From Phoronis australis (taxonomy: Eukaryota > Animalia > Phoronida): a stretch of DNA of 64,000 nucleotides. The notes beneath the pieces were generated by a model. The model made no database searches. It was not told the DNA's origin and saw nothing but the letters and a program-made list of their open reading frames with translations. Every line of letters starts with the position of its first letter. Position 1 is the first letter of the stretch. Both the position numbers and the translations under genes were made by a program. The stretch spans positions 186,001 through 250,000 of the forward strand of contig NMRA01000063.1 in NCBI GenBank assembly GCA_002633005.1. The letters are read 5' to 3'. Positions 39,296-49,972 of the stretch are shown in pieces.

Positions 39296-40061
39296 GTACT
39301 CACAGTGGGCCCCTCAGCGCAGACATTCGGGGTGGAACGCTGCCACCGTGGGGTAATGTATGTCAAATGTGTCGCCTGCCCGGGGGACTACCACCACAAC
39401 AAAGGGGTGTCCCAAAGCGTGTGGGTGCATGCTGATGGGCTGGTGGTCTGTATGCAGGAGGTGAGTCGTATCGTTTCGTTTCCGCTGGCGACGCACATGT
39501 TTCCAGGGCAATGAAAACTGGCAAAGCGTGCAGTGAATATTGGTAACAGGAAACTTAAATATGACTTGTCATTTAAAAGTAAAGAGTTTCAAATTGAAGG
39601 TAAATTTTTACTTGTGATGTGCAAAATGTCTCCAATTATTCGACATGAGTAGTTGGTAGGTTGCAGGTAACCGGATTTCAACAAAAAGTGATTCTTCATC
39701 TTCTTTGCTGCTCAATCAGTTTACATCTGGTCACTCTCCAGTTGAAAATTGATGTTGTCTCAAACTGTGTAAATACAGCTACTACTGCTACTATACTGGT
39801 AAATTGTCATCTGCGTGAGATAAAAGTGCATTTCCCTTGTGTTAATTGATGATTTGTCCATTGTTTGAAGATATTTTCATTTATTATGATGTAAAGGGTG
39901 TCATTATGGAACAGACCCCGAGACCACATTATGTGAATATATGAAGACGGACATATTGAAATTTGTTATATGCTCCTCCGCTACTTTGACTCTGTAACAT
40001 TGGTGGTTATAGTTCATATCCTGTGACTGCAACACTGAGTCGGATGGCACACTCATTTCAG

Positions 40062-40240
40062 GTATATCGAAATCTTTAAAAGCACCTTGAGGGAGGCAGA
40101 GAAGGCTATGTATGGTGCAAGTGATGGTTTTGCTGGCGGCATGATGCGGCCAAGGCCCAGCCCTTATGACCGACGAGATAGATGTGGTGGTGCTGGATAT
40201 GGTGGTGGCGGCGGCGGCGGACGTATGAGTCGAATGAGAG
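40062..40240 (+). CDS. HNRNPH/F-like: hnRNP F/H coding exon 5 (YIEIFKSTLREAEKAMYG...MMRPRPSPYDRRDR...GRMSRMR)
   Basis: Absent from the ORF track and translated manually. RYIEIFKS ends qRRM2; RPSPYDR is the PY-NLS. tttcAG acceptor, G|GTAAAA donor, 179 nt. Confidence 0.95.
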
Positions 40241-42201
40241 GTAAAAAAATTTCTGAATCATAAGTTTGTGAAGTACGTCGCATCTCCCATAGCTAACGAC
40301 CGGCTATTGAGGTCAGCCCTGACTCATTACAAGGGTATTTCAAATTTCAGCAACAGTACCCGTTTAGGTAGTAGAGGAAAAACTTCCTTGATCAACAAAT
40401 GTCTTATCTTTATCGCCATATTGTGAAACATGCAAAGTACCAACCTGAAGTGAGCAATTGCTGTGTGACTACCCGGACGTGTGAGCGCAGTGCGTACTTG
40501 GCAGGAAATCACCACCGGCTTTACTGGCCGTTAAAAACGTAAAATAGAAAAGAAACATTCTCATACGGCGATGTTTCAACTAACAAAAATAAGTTTTATC
40601 TCAAAACAGTGAGCTCCACACCTCAATTGCAGTAATGCACACCTGTGCTTGACTTTGCTGCCTGAACACAGTAACCGGCAAAGTAATTCCCCTGCAGTTG
40701 CCGTGACTCTTCGCTGGGAAAATTATCACTTGCTGAATTGGCTTTGATTTTCAAGTATCTGGGAAAATGTATTTTAAAACCTCACAAAAACTTACAATAT
40801 ATACCTCTGTTGTCTAAATATAAAAATTCCACACCGCAAACCAGGAGGGGGTGGGAGTGCACTGAATTTTAGTCAATGAGCTGAATGTTGGTGACGGGAA
40901 AATATTATAGTGTTAGGAGCATGACGCAGTATTTTTTTAATCTGTCACACGAATTTTACTCATTCAAGGTCAGGGTAGCTAATTAATGTGTTCGTCTTGC
41001 CCCGCGGAGCACAGATGTCCGCACACGGCAGACGAGGCGGTCCCGGCTCCACCAGATAGCAGCTTATACGAATGTTTTTGGCTATGTGGGAATTATTCCT
41101 TTTACCTTAAACTCATTAATACTTATATTATACCATTTGGCACCATGGCAAGTTTTCTTCCTGAAGTTATTTCGCCACCAAATGGTATTCTGTTGGCAGT
41201 CAGCCGCCCGGCCGTAATGGAAGTCACGGTAGACCACTGTCAGTATCTTAGTTTACGTCTAAATTTATTTTCGATATTTTCGCAAGTTTAATTGTCAGGA
41301 TATTCTAACTGTTCAGCAATGTTATTCAATTATTTTGATGTTGCATGTTCGTTGTTCTGTTTATACTGTTTGTTTACCAGACTTAGTTACACCCAGTAAA
41401 ACATGATAAGCCTAGTCCGCCATAGTCGGCCTTGTTATTCAATCGTTGGCACAGGACTGACTAGTCCATAATTTTATGCAAGTGTCGGAAACTATCTTTA
41501 TATGTATAGGGCATTTATGATTTGAACCATTTATTCCGATAAAACAGCCGGGGACGGCATGCCTTTGTCTTTTGTCAGTGCGAGTGGTCTCGATCAGACC
41601 GCACCAGGTCATCAGCTGCATGTCCAAGTCCAGCAAAATAATTTCTGTCAAAATTTATTTTGCCACATTTTGTCAACATTTTCAGTACTAATTGTCCCTA
41701 TTTTGGTTTTATTAAAATTAAGGTCCGCTGTCGATTGTTTTATCCCCGTTTGCAGTCTGGTAACGGACACTGCTCCAGTCGCACAGTCGATGTACTTAAG
41801 TCTGGGTTTCTGAATGAATTGTACTTCCAGTTTGGCAGTTAGTTCAAAGTGGCAGTGTGTTCTTCGAGTCGGAATTGTGAGTGGCGCGTTTATTTATCTT
41901 TCTTTGACTACGGATTGTGTATTGGTTATGGGATAGGTACTGCATGGTTCCTTATAATTTCTTCTAACCATTTAATAAGGGTTAAAAACGTGTGCTTCTT
42001 GGACTTTAAGGACACTAGCCCAGTGGACTGTCAGTGTGGAGATTAATGTAAAATTTAGGGCTAAGTGGGACTTGCCAACTTTGACAAAACAGACCTCTGA
42101 AATCCGAACCACTGCGCAATCCTCTACACCTGTCTGCATTCACCATCTTCAATTACTTGTCAACATTGTATCAAATGTGTTGGTGTTTCTCCAACTGACA
42201 G

Positions 42202-42318
42202 GTTACGATGACGGTGGTCAAGGAAGGTATAACAGCTATGGGGGATATACAGGTTATGGGGGTTTCTCGTCCCGATCCAGCGGTCGTCGTGGAGGTGGTG
42301 GTGGTGGTCGCTATGGAG
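42202..42318 (+). CDS. HNRNPH/F-like: hnRNP F/H coding exon 6 (Gly/Tyr/Arg-rich linker GYDDGGQGRYNSYGGYTGYGGFSSRSSGRRGGGGGGRYG)
   Basis: ctgacAG acceptor, G|GTAATT donor, 117 nt, symmetric phase 1-1, GYR composition. Confidence 0.88.
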
Positions 42319-42973
42319 GTAATTGTGATATCAATCAATTTCTATTCCGGTTATACGTCCATTAGCCCATAGTACAAGTCATAACATTTGAGCAATGTGC
42401 ACACAGTCACACATTATACATCTTTCTTCAGGTTTTTGTAAAAATGTAACCATTTCTTAACTCTTATAATATTTGTTATTCTTCGTGTACCAGCGTAGAG
42501 TCTTGTTATTCTCGGGTTTTTATTTTCTTTTCTTTTTCTTGTTATTATCATAAATTTTAAGAAATATATTTTTGACTCATAATGCACAGGAAGTGGCCAA
42601 TAGGTGCGAAGGTCATTTAATTTTCAAAATGTTATTTCTCCTACATTTTTCAAGAACAAGATCGTAAGTTGTCAGAAAGCATTATAAACGTGTTTTATCT
42701 GAAGATGTCGTGTTGTGTGGTGTGTGCTGGTTACCGACAATTTATCATCGATACAAAATCTTGGGAGTCGTCACTGATGGAAAATGGCATCGGTGTGTGC
42801 TGGCTTTTATCGTACATCATACATGTTAACTTACTTGGAATTTGAATTGACATTACGCAGTGGGAAATTGAAGCTTATAAAACATGTGTAAACTGTCCAA
42901 AAGTTCTTGATCGTTATACAAATGACACTCCAACAGCATTTACTTAAATGGCAACAAATTCACACACTTTGTG

Positions 42974-43107
42974 AGTCTACAGTACTGTTTAAGTCTACGG
43001 TACTGTTTAAGTCAACGGTACTGTTCAGGTCAATGGTACTGTTCAAGTCAACGGTACTGTTCAAGTCAACTGTACTGTTCAAGTCAACGGTACTGTTCAA
43101 GTCTACC
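42974..43107. repeat. 18-bp minisatellite, about 7 copies
   Basis: Unit AGTCAACGGTACTGTTCA. Confidence 0.92.
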
Positions 43108-43534
43108 TGGATTGAGCACATCTGAATCTGGCCATGCTCGATAAGTGAACAAAGTTTTCAACATGAGATACATAATATTCAATTACTTGGGTCATTTTTA
43201 ACAATCTATATACATCAAGACGGGACAGCTCCAACATTTCTCCATTCTAATCTTGGTATTTCACATCTTTACACATATTTTAAAATGCGTTTACAATATA
43301 GGGAATGTAGAATAGAGATTTTTTGTGATCTCGGGTTTTGCATTGCTGCATCCTATACATAGACTTCATATTATCTTGAAAATTTTGACTGAATGACTTG
43401 CTGTAAATATTCTTCATTTAGAAAGGTCAGATTAACAGTATTACTGTATGAATTGTAAGTCATGCATGTGTTATATCTTGTGTTGCAGCTGTTCCTGTAT
43501 CCCAGTCATTTACTATTTCTGTCTTGTGTTGCAG

Positions 43535-43665
43535 GACCAGGTGGCCGTGGAGGGGGTGGCCGTGGAGGGGGTGGCTCTATTGGCAGCAATCACCACAGCA
43601 CTACAGGTCATTCAGTTCACATGAGAGGGCTACCTTACCAAGCTACTGAGGGGGATATTCGCCAG
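43535..43665 (+). CDS. HNRNPH/F-like: hnRNP F/H coding exon 7 ([44 protein letters not shown])
   Basis: [18 protein letters not shown] is the qRRM3 start. ttgcAG acceptor, CAG|GTGTGT donor, phase 0. Confidence 0.96.
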
Positions 43666-44416
43666 GTGTGTACTAGCCCTCTTTATTAAAGATGTATTTG
43701 CATGCTCTTAACTATGCTAATGTATAGCAGGAACTAAACGACAATGCTATTTGAACATCATCTACTCTAAACAAAGTGCAGTTGTGTTCATTGACAACTT
43801 GTAAATGTGACAACAAAAAATTCTGCAAATGGGTAACCTTTGCACTAATGACCTACCTTGGGTTTTCGCATAACCTGCATCATGTAGTGCAATAGCTGAG
43901 TTGCAACACCGCCATATAAGGTCAGAATATTGCATTTTGGTTAAGCCGGTAAACAAGTACGTCGGCAAGCGTGGGGGCGAACCGGCCACAGGGAGGTTAT
44001 ACGTGTTGTGTGCCTGACTGCTAAAAATGCCAGTTAGCGAGATAAAGAATTTAGTTACTACCTGTTTCCCAAGGATCAAGAACTGCATTAAACATGGGTT
44101 ATTATTTACTTTCTACAAAATTGTGGTGCATTGCCATCAAAATTCGTTGTTAAATTACGATCATTTTTCATAAAATTGTGCTGAAATCACAGGGCGAAAT
44201 CTCACTGACAAGTGCCTAGCTGCCGGTCTCGCAATCGTCGATAGGGCTTGAATTCTTGAATAAGAATACAGCTTCATGAGATGGCTTATAGGACATCTTT
44301 GGGAACATTAATTTTAAACAGCTCATCTTCCTCCTGGTTCACAAGTCCTATTTCCTATTCACATTCTTAAAAATCATACAAACACTGCGTTAGTGATGTG
44401 TCTCATTTTCTCTCAG

Positions 44417-44552
44417 TTCTTCAGTCCCGTGAATTGTGCCGTTGTTACCATTGAATACCAATCGAATGGTAGGCCAAGCGGTGAGGCAGATGTCGACTTT
44501 AACAGTCATGACGAGGCGTGTGAAGCTATGAAGAAGGACAAGTCTAATATGG
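44417..44552 (+). CDS. HNRNPH/F-like: hnRNP F/H coding exon 8 (FFSPVNCAVVTIEYQSNGRPSGEADVDFNSHDEACEAMKKDKSNM)
   Basis: FFSP..GR..GEADV.F..H..A..AM.KD..NM is the qRRM3 core. tctcAG acceptor, G|GTGAGT donor. Confidence 0.96.
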
Positions 44553-45262
44553 GTGAGTGTTATGATTCACTCAGACACGACAAAGTTATTTGAATTAAAG
44601 GGGAAGTTAATGTTTTCTGGTGTTATCAGAATTTGTATGCGTACCATGAACATGTACACAGGAATTCATGGGTTTTTTTCAAAATGATGATTTTGTATGA
44701 ATTTGAATTTCAGGATATAGTATCCAGGTCTTCCATTCAAAAAAAATTGCTTCAAATTGACCCAGTGGGCACTATCTTGCAAAATGCTGTTGAGTCAATG
44801 ACTTTGAATTAGGAACAATTTTAGTAGCTGTCAACAGACATTGTAATTTTTATTTAGTTCAATTATGTATCTTGAGAGGCATGAAGATTTGATGACCTCA
44901 GAATTTTAGAGATTGCCAGGTGACAAGATCCCCAAATAATTATGGTAAGTAAGAGATACCTGGTGGTCTTGTAGAAATGACGTCACCTTGAGGAAAATTC
45001 TAAAATGTCTCTGAAAATGGAATTTTGCAAATTCACTCAATAGTTAAAAACATTTGATAACCTAGTTAGAACCTCAGTTGTTCTCTGTTCACCTTTGCCG
45101 TACAATTCCCTTTGTTTTGGTAAAAGTCACAACTATCAGGACAAGTCAGTCTCTTGTAGTGGTATGAGGAATGAATGCAAAGATGTGGCACACCCATGAA
45201 ACCATTGTATGAATGCTGTCTTTCTTCTGTTGCTCAACACTGGGTGTGTGTTGTCATTTCAG

Positions 45263-45358
45263 AACACAGATACATTGAACTGTTCCTGAATTCCAACAGT
45301 CGAGGCCAAGGCAGCGGACCACCCAGTCTGATGAGCGGGGGCTACGGAAATGGACAAG
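45263..45358 (+). CDS. HNRNPH/F-like: hnRNP F/H coding exon 9 (EHRYIELFLNSNSRGQGSGPPSLMSGGYGNGQ)
   Basis: HRYIELFLNS ends qRRM3. tttcAG acceptor, G|GTAAGG donor. Confidence 0.95.
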
Positions 45359-45788
45359 GTAAGGCTGTTATACTTTATGCAGATTCTCGGGACAGGTGTT
45401 CCTCCGAACATTTCCACTTGTGTGACTATTGTGCTGAAACACCTGTTTGTTTTGATTTGCATTTGTCGGAAAGAGATGATAAAATTGTGTTGAAAGTTAG
45501 GCGAATTAACTTGCCTATATTCTACAATTGTACCATGGCCAAGGAGACATTCACATCTGTGTAGTGTCAAAAGTTGCATGTTTTTTTATCTTCTGAAAGT
45601 GTTCATTTCTTAAGTTAACGTTATGTAGAACAAAGTATGATGCATTCAATTTTTGCAGTAAATATTCGGCACGACATGGTGGCCGAGTGTAATTTTAATG
45701 TGTTGATTTCCTTCCTGTTACCATGGTTTTACGACATACCTGTCCCCAGAAAAAGATATAATGTTTTATTACAATATGAGAATTACAA

Positions 45789-46102
45789 TTTTAGCAATTA
45801 CTCTTATTGCGAACTGAAGACTTTTTGTTGTAATTCTTGGTATGTACTCTTTCAATGATCTGTTACTTTTAGCAATCACTCTTATTGCAAACTGCAGACT
45901 TTATGTTGTAATTTTGATTTGTACTCTATCATTGATCTGTTACTTTTAGCAATTACTCTTATTGCAAACTGAAGACTTTTTGTTGTAATTCTTGATGTGT
46001 ACTCTATCAACGATCTCTTACTTTTAGCAATTACTCTTATTGCAAACTGAAGACTTTTTGTTGTAATTCTTGATATGTACTCTATCAACGATCTCTTACT
46101 TT
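45789..46102. repeat. About 78-bp tandem repeat, 4 copies
   Basis: Unit TTTTAGCAATTACTCTTATTGCAAACTGAAGAC...GATCTCTTAC. Confidence 0.9.
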
Positions 46103-46118
46103 GGTGGCTTTGTTTCAG

Positions 46119-46168
46119 GATATGCTTCATTTGGAGGAGACAACTTCACTGAAGATTATTCATTTTAA
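46119..46168 (+). CDS. HNRNPH/F-like: hnRNP F/H candidate terminal exon A (GYASFGGDNFTEDYSF*)
   Basis: ctttgtttcAG acceptor, phase-1 compatible with exon 9, TAA at 46166-46168, AATAAA at 46815-46820. Confidence 0.6.
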
Positions 46169-46530
46169 CCCTGAAAAATCTGAAACCTGTGTCAAGAGTA
46201 TCGCTTTCATTTGTCGGTTGTCAATGATGTTTTGTGTGGTCCAGCTCTAAACTCGCCAGACTGGCATTTTAAGGATAATTGTCAATGATGTTTGTGTGGT
46301 TGAGATCTAAACTAGCCAGACTGGCATTTTAAGGAAAATTGGTAAAAACATGATTGCCACTGTATCATATATTCATTTGTGAAAAGTTAAGTACATGCAT
46401 TGTTAATATATTTGTCAATCTCATGATGGCATGACTCTTCAAATATGATACATTTACGTATCTGTACTTTTCTTAATAATAGTTAGTTTATTGTGAAGCG
46501 TACTACACAGTTATTTGGCAACACCTTTTG

Positions 46531-46720
46531 TTTAACTCCACTGTCAGTGTTTAATTCCAGTGTCAGTGTTTAACTCCACCATAAGTGTTTAACTCCACTG
46601 TCAGTGTTTAATTCCAGTGTCAGTGTTTAACTCCACCATAAGTGTTTAACTCCACTGTCAGTGTTTAATTCCAGTGTCAGTGTTTAACTCCACCATAAGT
46701 GTTTAACTCCACTGTCAGTG
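46531..46720. repeat. 19-bp minisatellite with a 57-bp higher-order unit
   Basis: Three monomer variants (..CTCCACTGTCA, ..TTCCAGTGTCA, ..CTCCACCATAA) repeat in fixed order three times. Confidence 0.9.
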
Positions 46721-47198
46721 CTGGTTTTATCATGGAATTGGCAAATGAGTAGTTAAGTCTTAAAATATGCCACTGAATAACAGCAGTTGATAATGCAGTT
46801 TTGGTTTTTGAACAAATAAACATTTTCTCTTAATGTTACGATATGAATTTATGTGTTGTCTTTTCTGGAAGATTATATTGTTTTAACATGATATCAAATT
46901 TCGTAGACTATTGTGTTGTGAGGGCATGTATTTGCACATACAAGTACAACAGGTCTTCTGTACCTTTGCTACTCTGTGGTGTAAAAATATCAGGAATCAT
47001 TCTATGTGAAAGCTCTTTTGTTATGTATGATTTGTCATTGTCTTGTGCAGTTTCAAAGTGTTGGTGTCATTGTGCACTCTGTTATCAGAGATAACCAGTG
47101 TTAATGCACACTTCTGTTGTTTAGAAGTGCTTAAGATGGTCAATTGTAGCCATAACCGGTGACAATCATCGCACATTGGGAAATTTTATGTCTACCAG

Positions 47199-47218
47199 GT
47201 GGTGGTGCTAATGAATGA
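47199..47218 (+). CDS. HNRNPH/F-like: hnRNP F/H candidate terminal exon B (GGGANE*)
   Basis: ttttatgtctaccAG acceptor, phase-1 compatible, TGA at 47216-47218, followed by about 900 nt of repeat-free, U-rich 3'UTR-like sequence. Confidence 0.45.
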
Positions 47219-49711
47219 AGGCTGCTCTTTTTAACATCTGAATAGATTGAGATCAGAAAGCCGTTCATCATCATCATCATCATGGGGGGTCTGTAGTCCA
47301 GCAGTCCCTTGTGACTGTGAAGTGAATGTGAAAGCATGTACTTGTACAGGTAGGACCACTGCTGCACCAACACCACCATCTACAAATAATGGAGTTTTAC
47401 ATTTGCACTGTTATATAATGGAAGCAACCTATTTCTGTTAAAAACACAATGTTGCTGCAAGTTGTCTCCAACGATTTCATTCTGGAGGCTATTTCTTGGC
47501 TATTATCTCCCCTGTTGGCTATATTTGTAGCGGAAGATGTCAACTTAGCCACTTAATGCCCCAGTCCGTTCCTGGGGTGTTTTTGGGGCCAATAGTGTAT
47601 TTTTACTTGGAGCTGACTGCTTGGAATAGATGCTAAAGCTGCGTGATTGTCAGTTGTGGTGATATCTGAATGTTCTACCTGTGCTGGCTGTCTCATTATT
47701 GCTAACCTGTATATCACCACATAATATTCAACTAATCTCAAATCGTTGGTCATCATTCAACAGCAACTTTTGCAAACATTCAGAACCAGGATACCTTTCT
47801 GGCATGAACTTTGAAGGTGTGTAATCAATTGGAACAGAGGGAAATGTGCAAAAATGACCTTTGGAACAGCCTGATATCACCATTAGTTTTATTTTGTAAA
47901 TTTAGAGATGTCTTTATTGCTACATTCATTCAGAGATTATTTGATATTTAGTTTTTTTTCTTCCATGTTTTCTTTATTTTGTAATGTAATGCTAAGTACA
48001 GAAAAAATGTTTTGATATTGGTTTTGGTCAGATTTTATTGTTTTTTTAATGATGAGGTATTTTAGTTGTCTATATTTTCAAACAGATGCCCCTTAATATG
48101 ACTTGCTGATTCCATGGGTGTCCGCTAGAAGGTATAAAGCATGCAGGTATCATTCAGTAGCACTTGTTTTTTGTCACTGGTTGATGTATCCTCAGCTGTC
48201 ATTGATTAGCTTTACAACAGAGAAAGAAAATGGAGGACTGTGGACGATTTTTAGCCTCGTCATGCAAGTGGCGTGATAGCAAATACTTTTTGTTTAATAG
48301 CCGCATATACACTTCGTCCATCAGTCATGCCAGTTTGTTTTTTCCTAACGCGCCAGCTGTTGAGAATTCGACCAGCCAACCAGAAACGGCGGTGTGAAAA
48401 AAATCTTCCCTACCCTCTGACACAGCGCCACCTTTACTGAAAAGTGGTACCTTTCGTAGCTTTAAAATAGTGTAAAAATTCCCGAGGAAAATTAAATGAT
48501 ACCTGCATGTTCTCTACTCCCAAGTGGACATGCAGGGAACCAGTGAGGTTAAAATGGGTGAATCGTAGACGTCGGGGTGAATCCTTTTTATGCTCAGCGC
48601 CACCTGATGGCAGTTCATTAAGTGACTAGTTGTCTCTCCAAAATTGCCACTAACCTGCAAGTGCTAGAAAAAATCTGACTATAGATTCAGAATGCTTGTA
48701 CTCCATAGATTTTTAAAATGTGGTCACTGTATGTCCCTTACCAGCTACTTTTTGGCAATTTTGATCTGTTTGACAGCCACCTGAGAGCGCACCTGGTTTC
48801 TTACCCTCTGACACAGCGCCACCTATATTGGAAAGTGGTACCTTTTGTAACACTGAAAGAGTGCACCGGTTTCTGAGACAGTTAGGTTGAAAGCATACGA
48901 CAGCCACCATTTTGCATTAAGAGTAGGTCACGGCTGAAAAAACTTGACTTTTCTCGTTCAAAAGCGCAAGCAAATCATTTTCCTTGAAATTATTTTCAAC
49001 GCATTCCACAAAACAGCCGACACACGCCCTTTACATAAATTCTACAAAATGCCCCGTGGCTAATTGTTCGGTGCTGCCTAAATACGTCACAGCGGTATAT
49101 GTAGCGCCAATTTCTGATACGGTATCTTTGCTCTGGCTGCATATATCTCCCAAACCCTCTGCAGGATCTTTATTGATTTTGGCAAGTGTTATATTAAGTT
49201 GACACCGGACCGGTTTGTATGTATCCGAATACCGCTGTGCCCCCCCCCCCTACTGACAATTTTATTTTTTTGTTGTCCTCTGTAGCTTTGAAACTCCGTG
49301 GCAGATTTTTATGAAATTAATGAATAGATTTCTATAAAGAGTCGACAAGTTCACGTTTTCGGATAGATTCGACGTATAGCGGATGTTTTTATTGTCGTGA
49401 AATTTTGCAAATAGCAGCTTTCCTTTTTGTGATGGATTTGACGTATTCTGCACCAACTAATGGCCAGTATTTTTAATCTGTTTTTGTTTATTTGCTGTTT
49501 GCCTCTGTATCTGCCAAACCGTGCAGAGGATCATAAAGAGAATTGGCAGATATGTTGCTACTGACAACAGCATGTCTGACGTGGGTTTTCAAACAGATCC
49601 AACTACTGTGGTGATGCTTAGTAACATTTTTTCGCATTTACGGCTCTTTCTGCTAAACACATTGCAAGATGTTTTTACTTTTAAATTTCGCAATGACAAC
49701 AGATGGACGGA

Positions 49712-49817
49712 TTCGACTACTGCTGTGGTTCGACTACTGCTGTGGTTCGACTACTGCTGTGGTTCGACTACTGCTGTGGTTCGACTACTGCTGTGGTTCG
49801 ACTACTGCTGTGGTTCG
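49712..49817. repeat. 17-bp minisatellite, about 6 copies
   Basis: Unit TTCGACTACTGCTGTGG. Confidence 0.95.
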
Positions 49818-49972
49818 TAATGGCAGTTTTTTTTTTGGGTTTGCCTTTATATCTGGCAAATAATTTTGAGAGACGACGACACCTTCCCATTTTTGGATGG
49901 GATCAATGTATTCTGAGTCATCTAATGGCCATTTTTATAATACAAGTAAACATCGATAGAACCACATATCGT

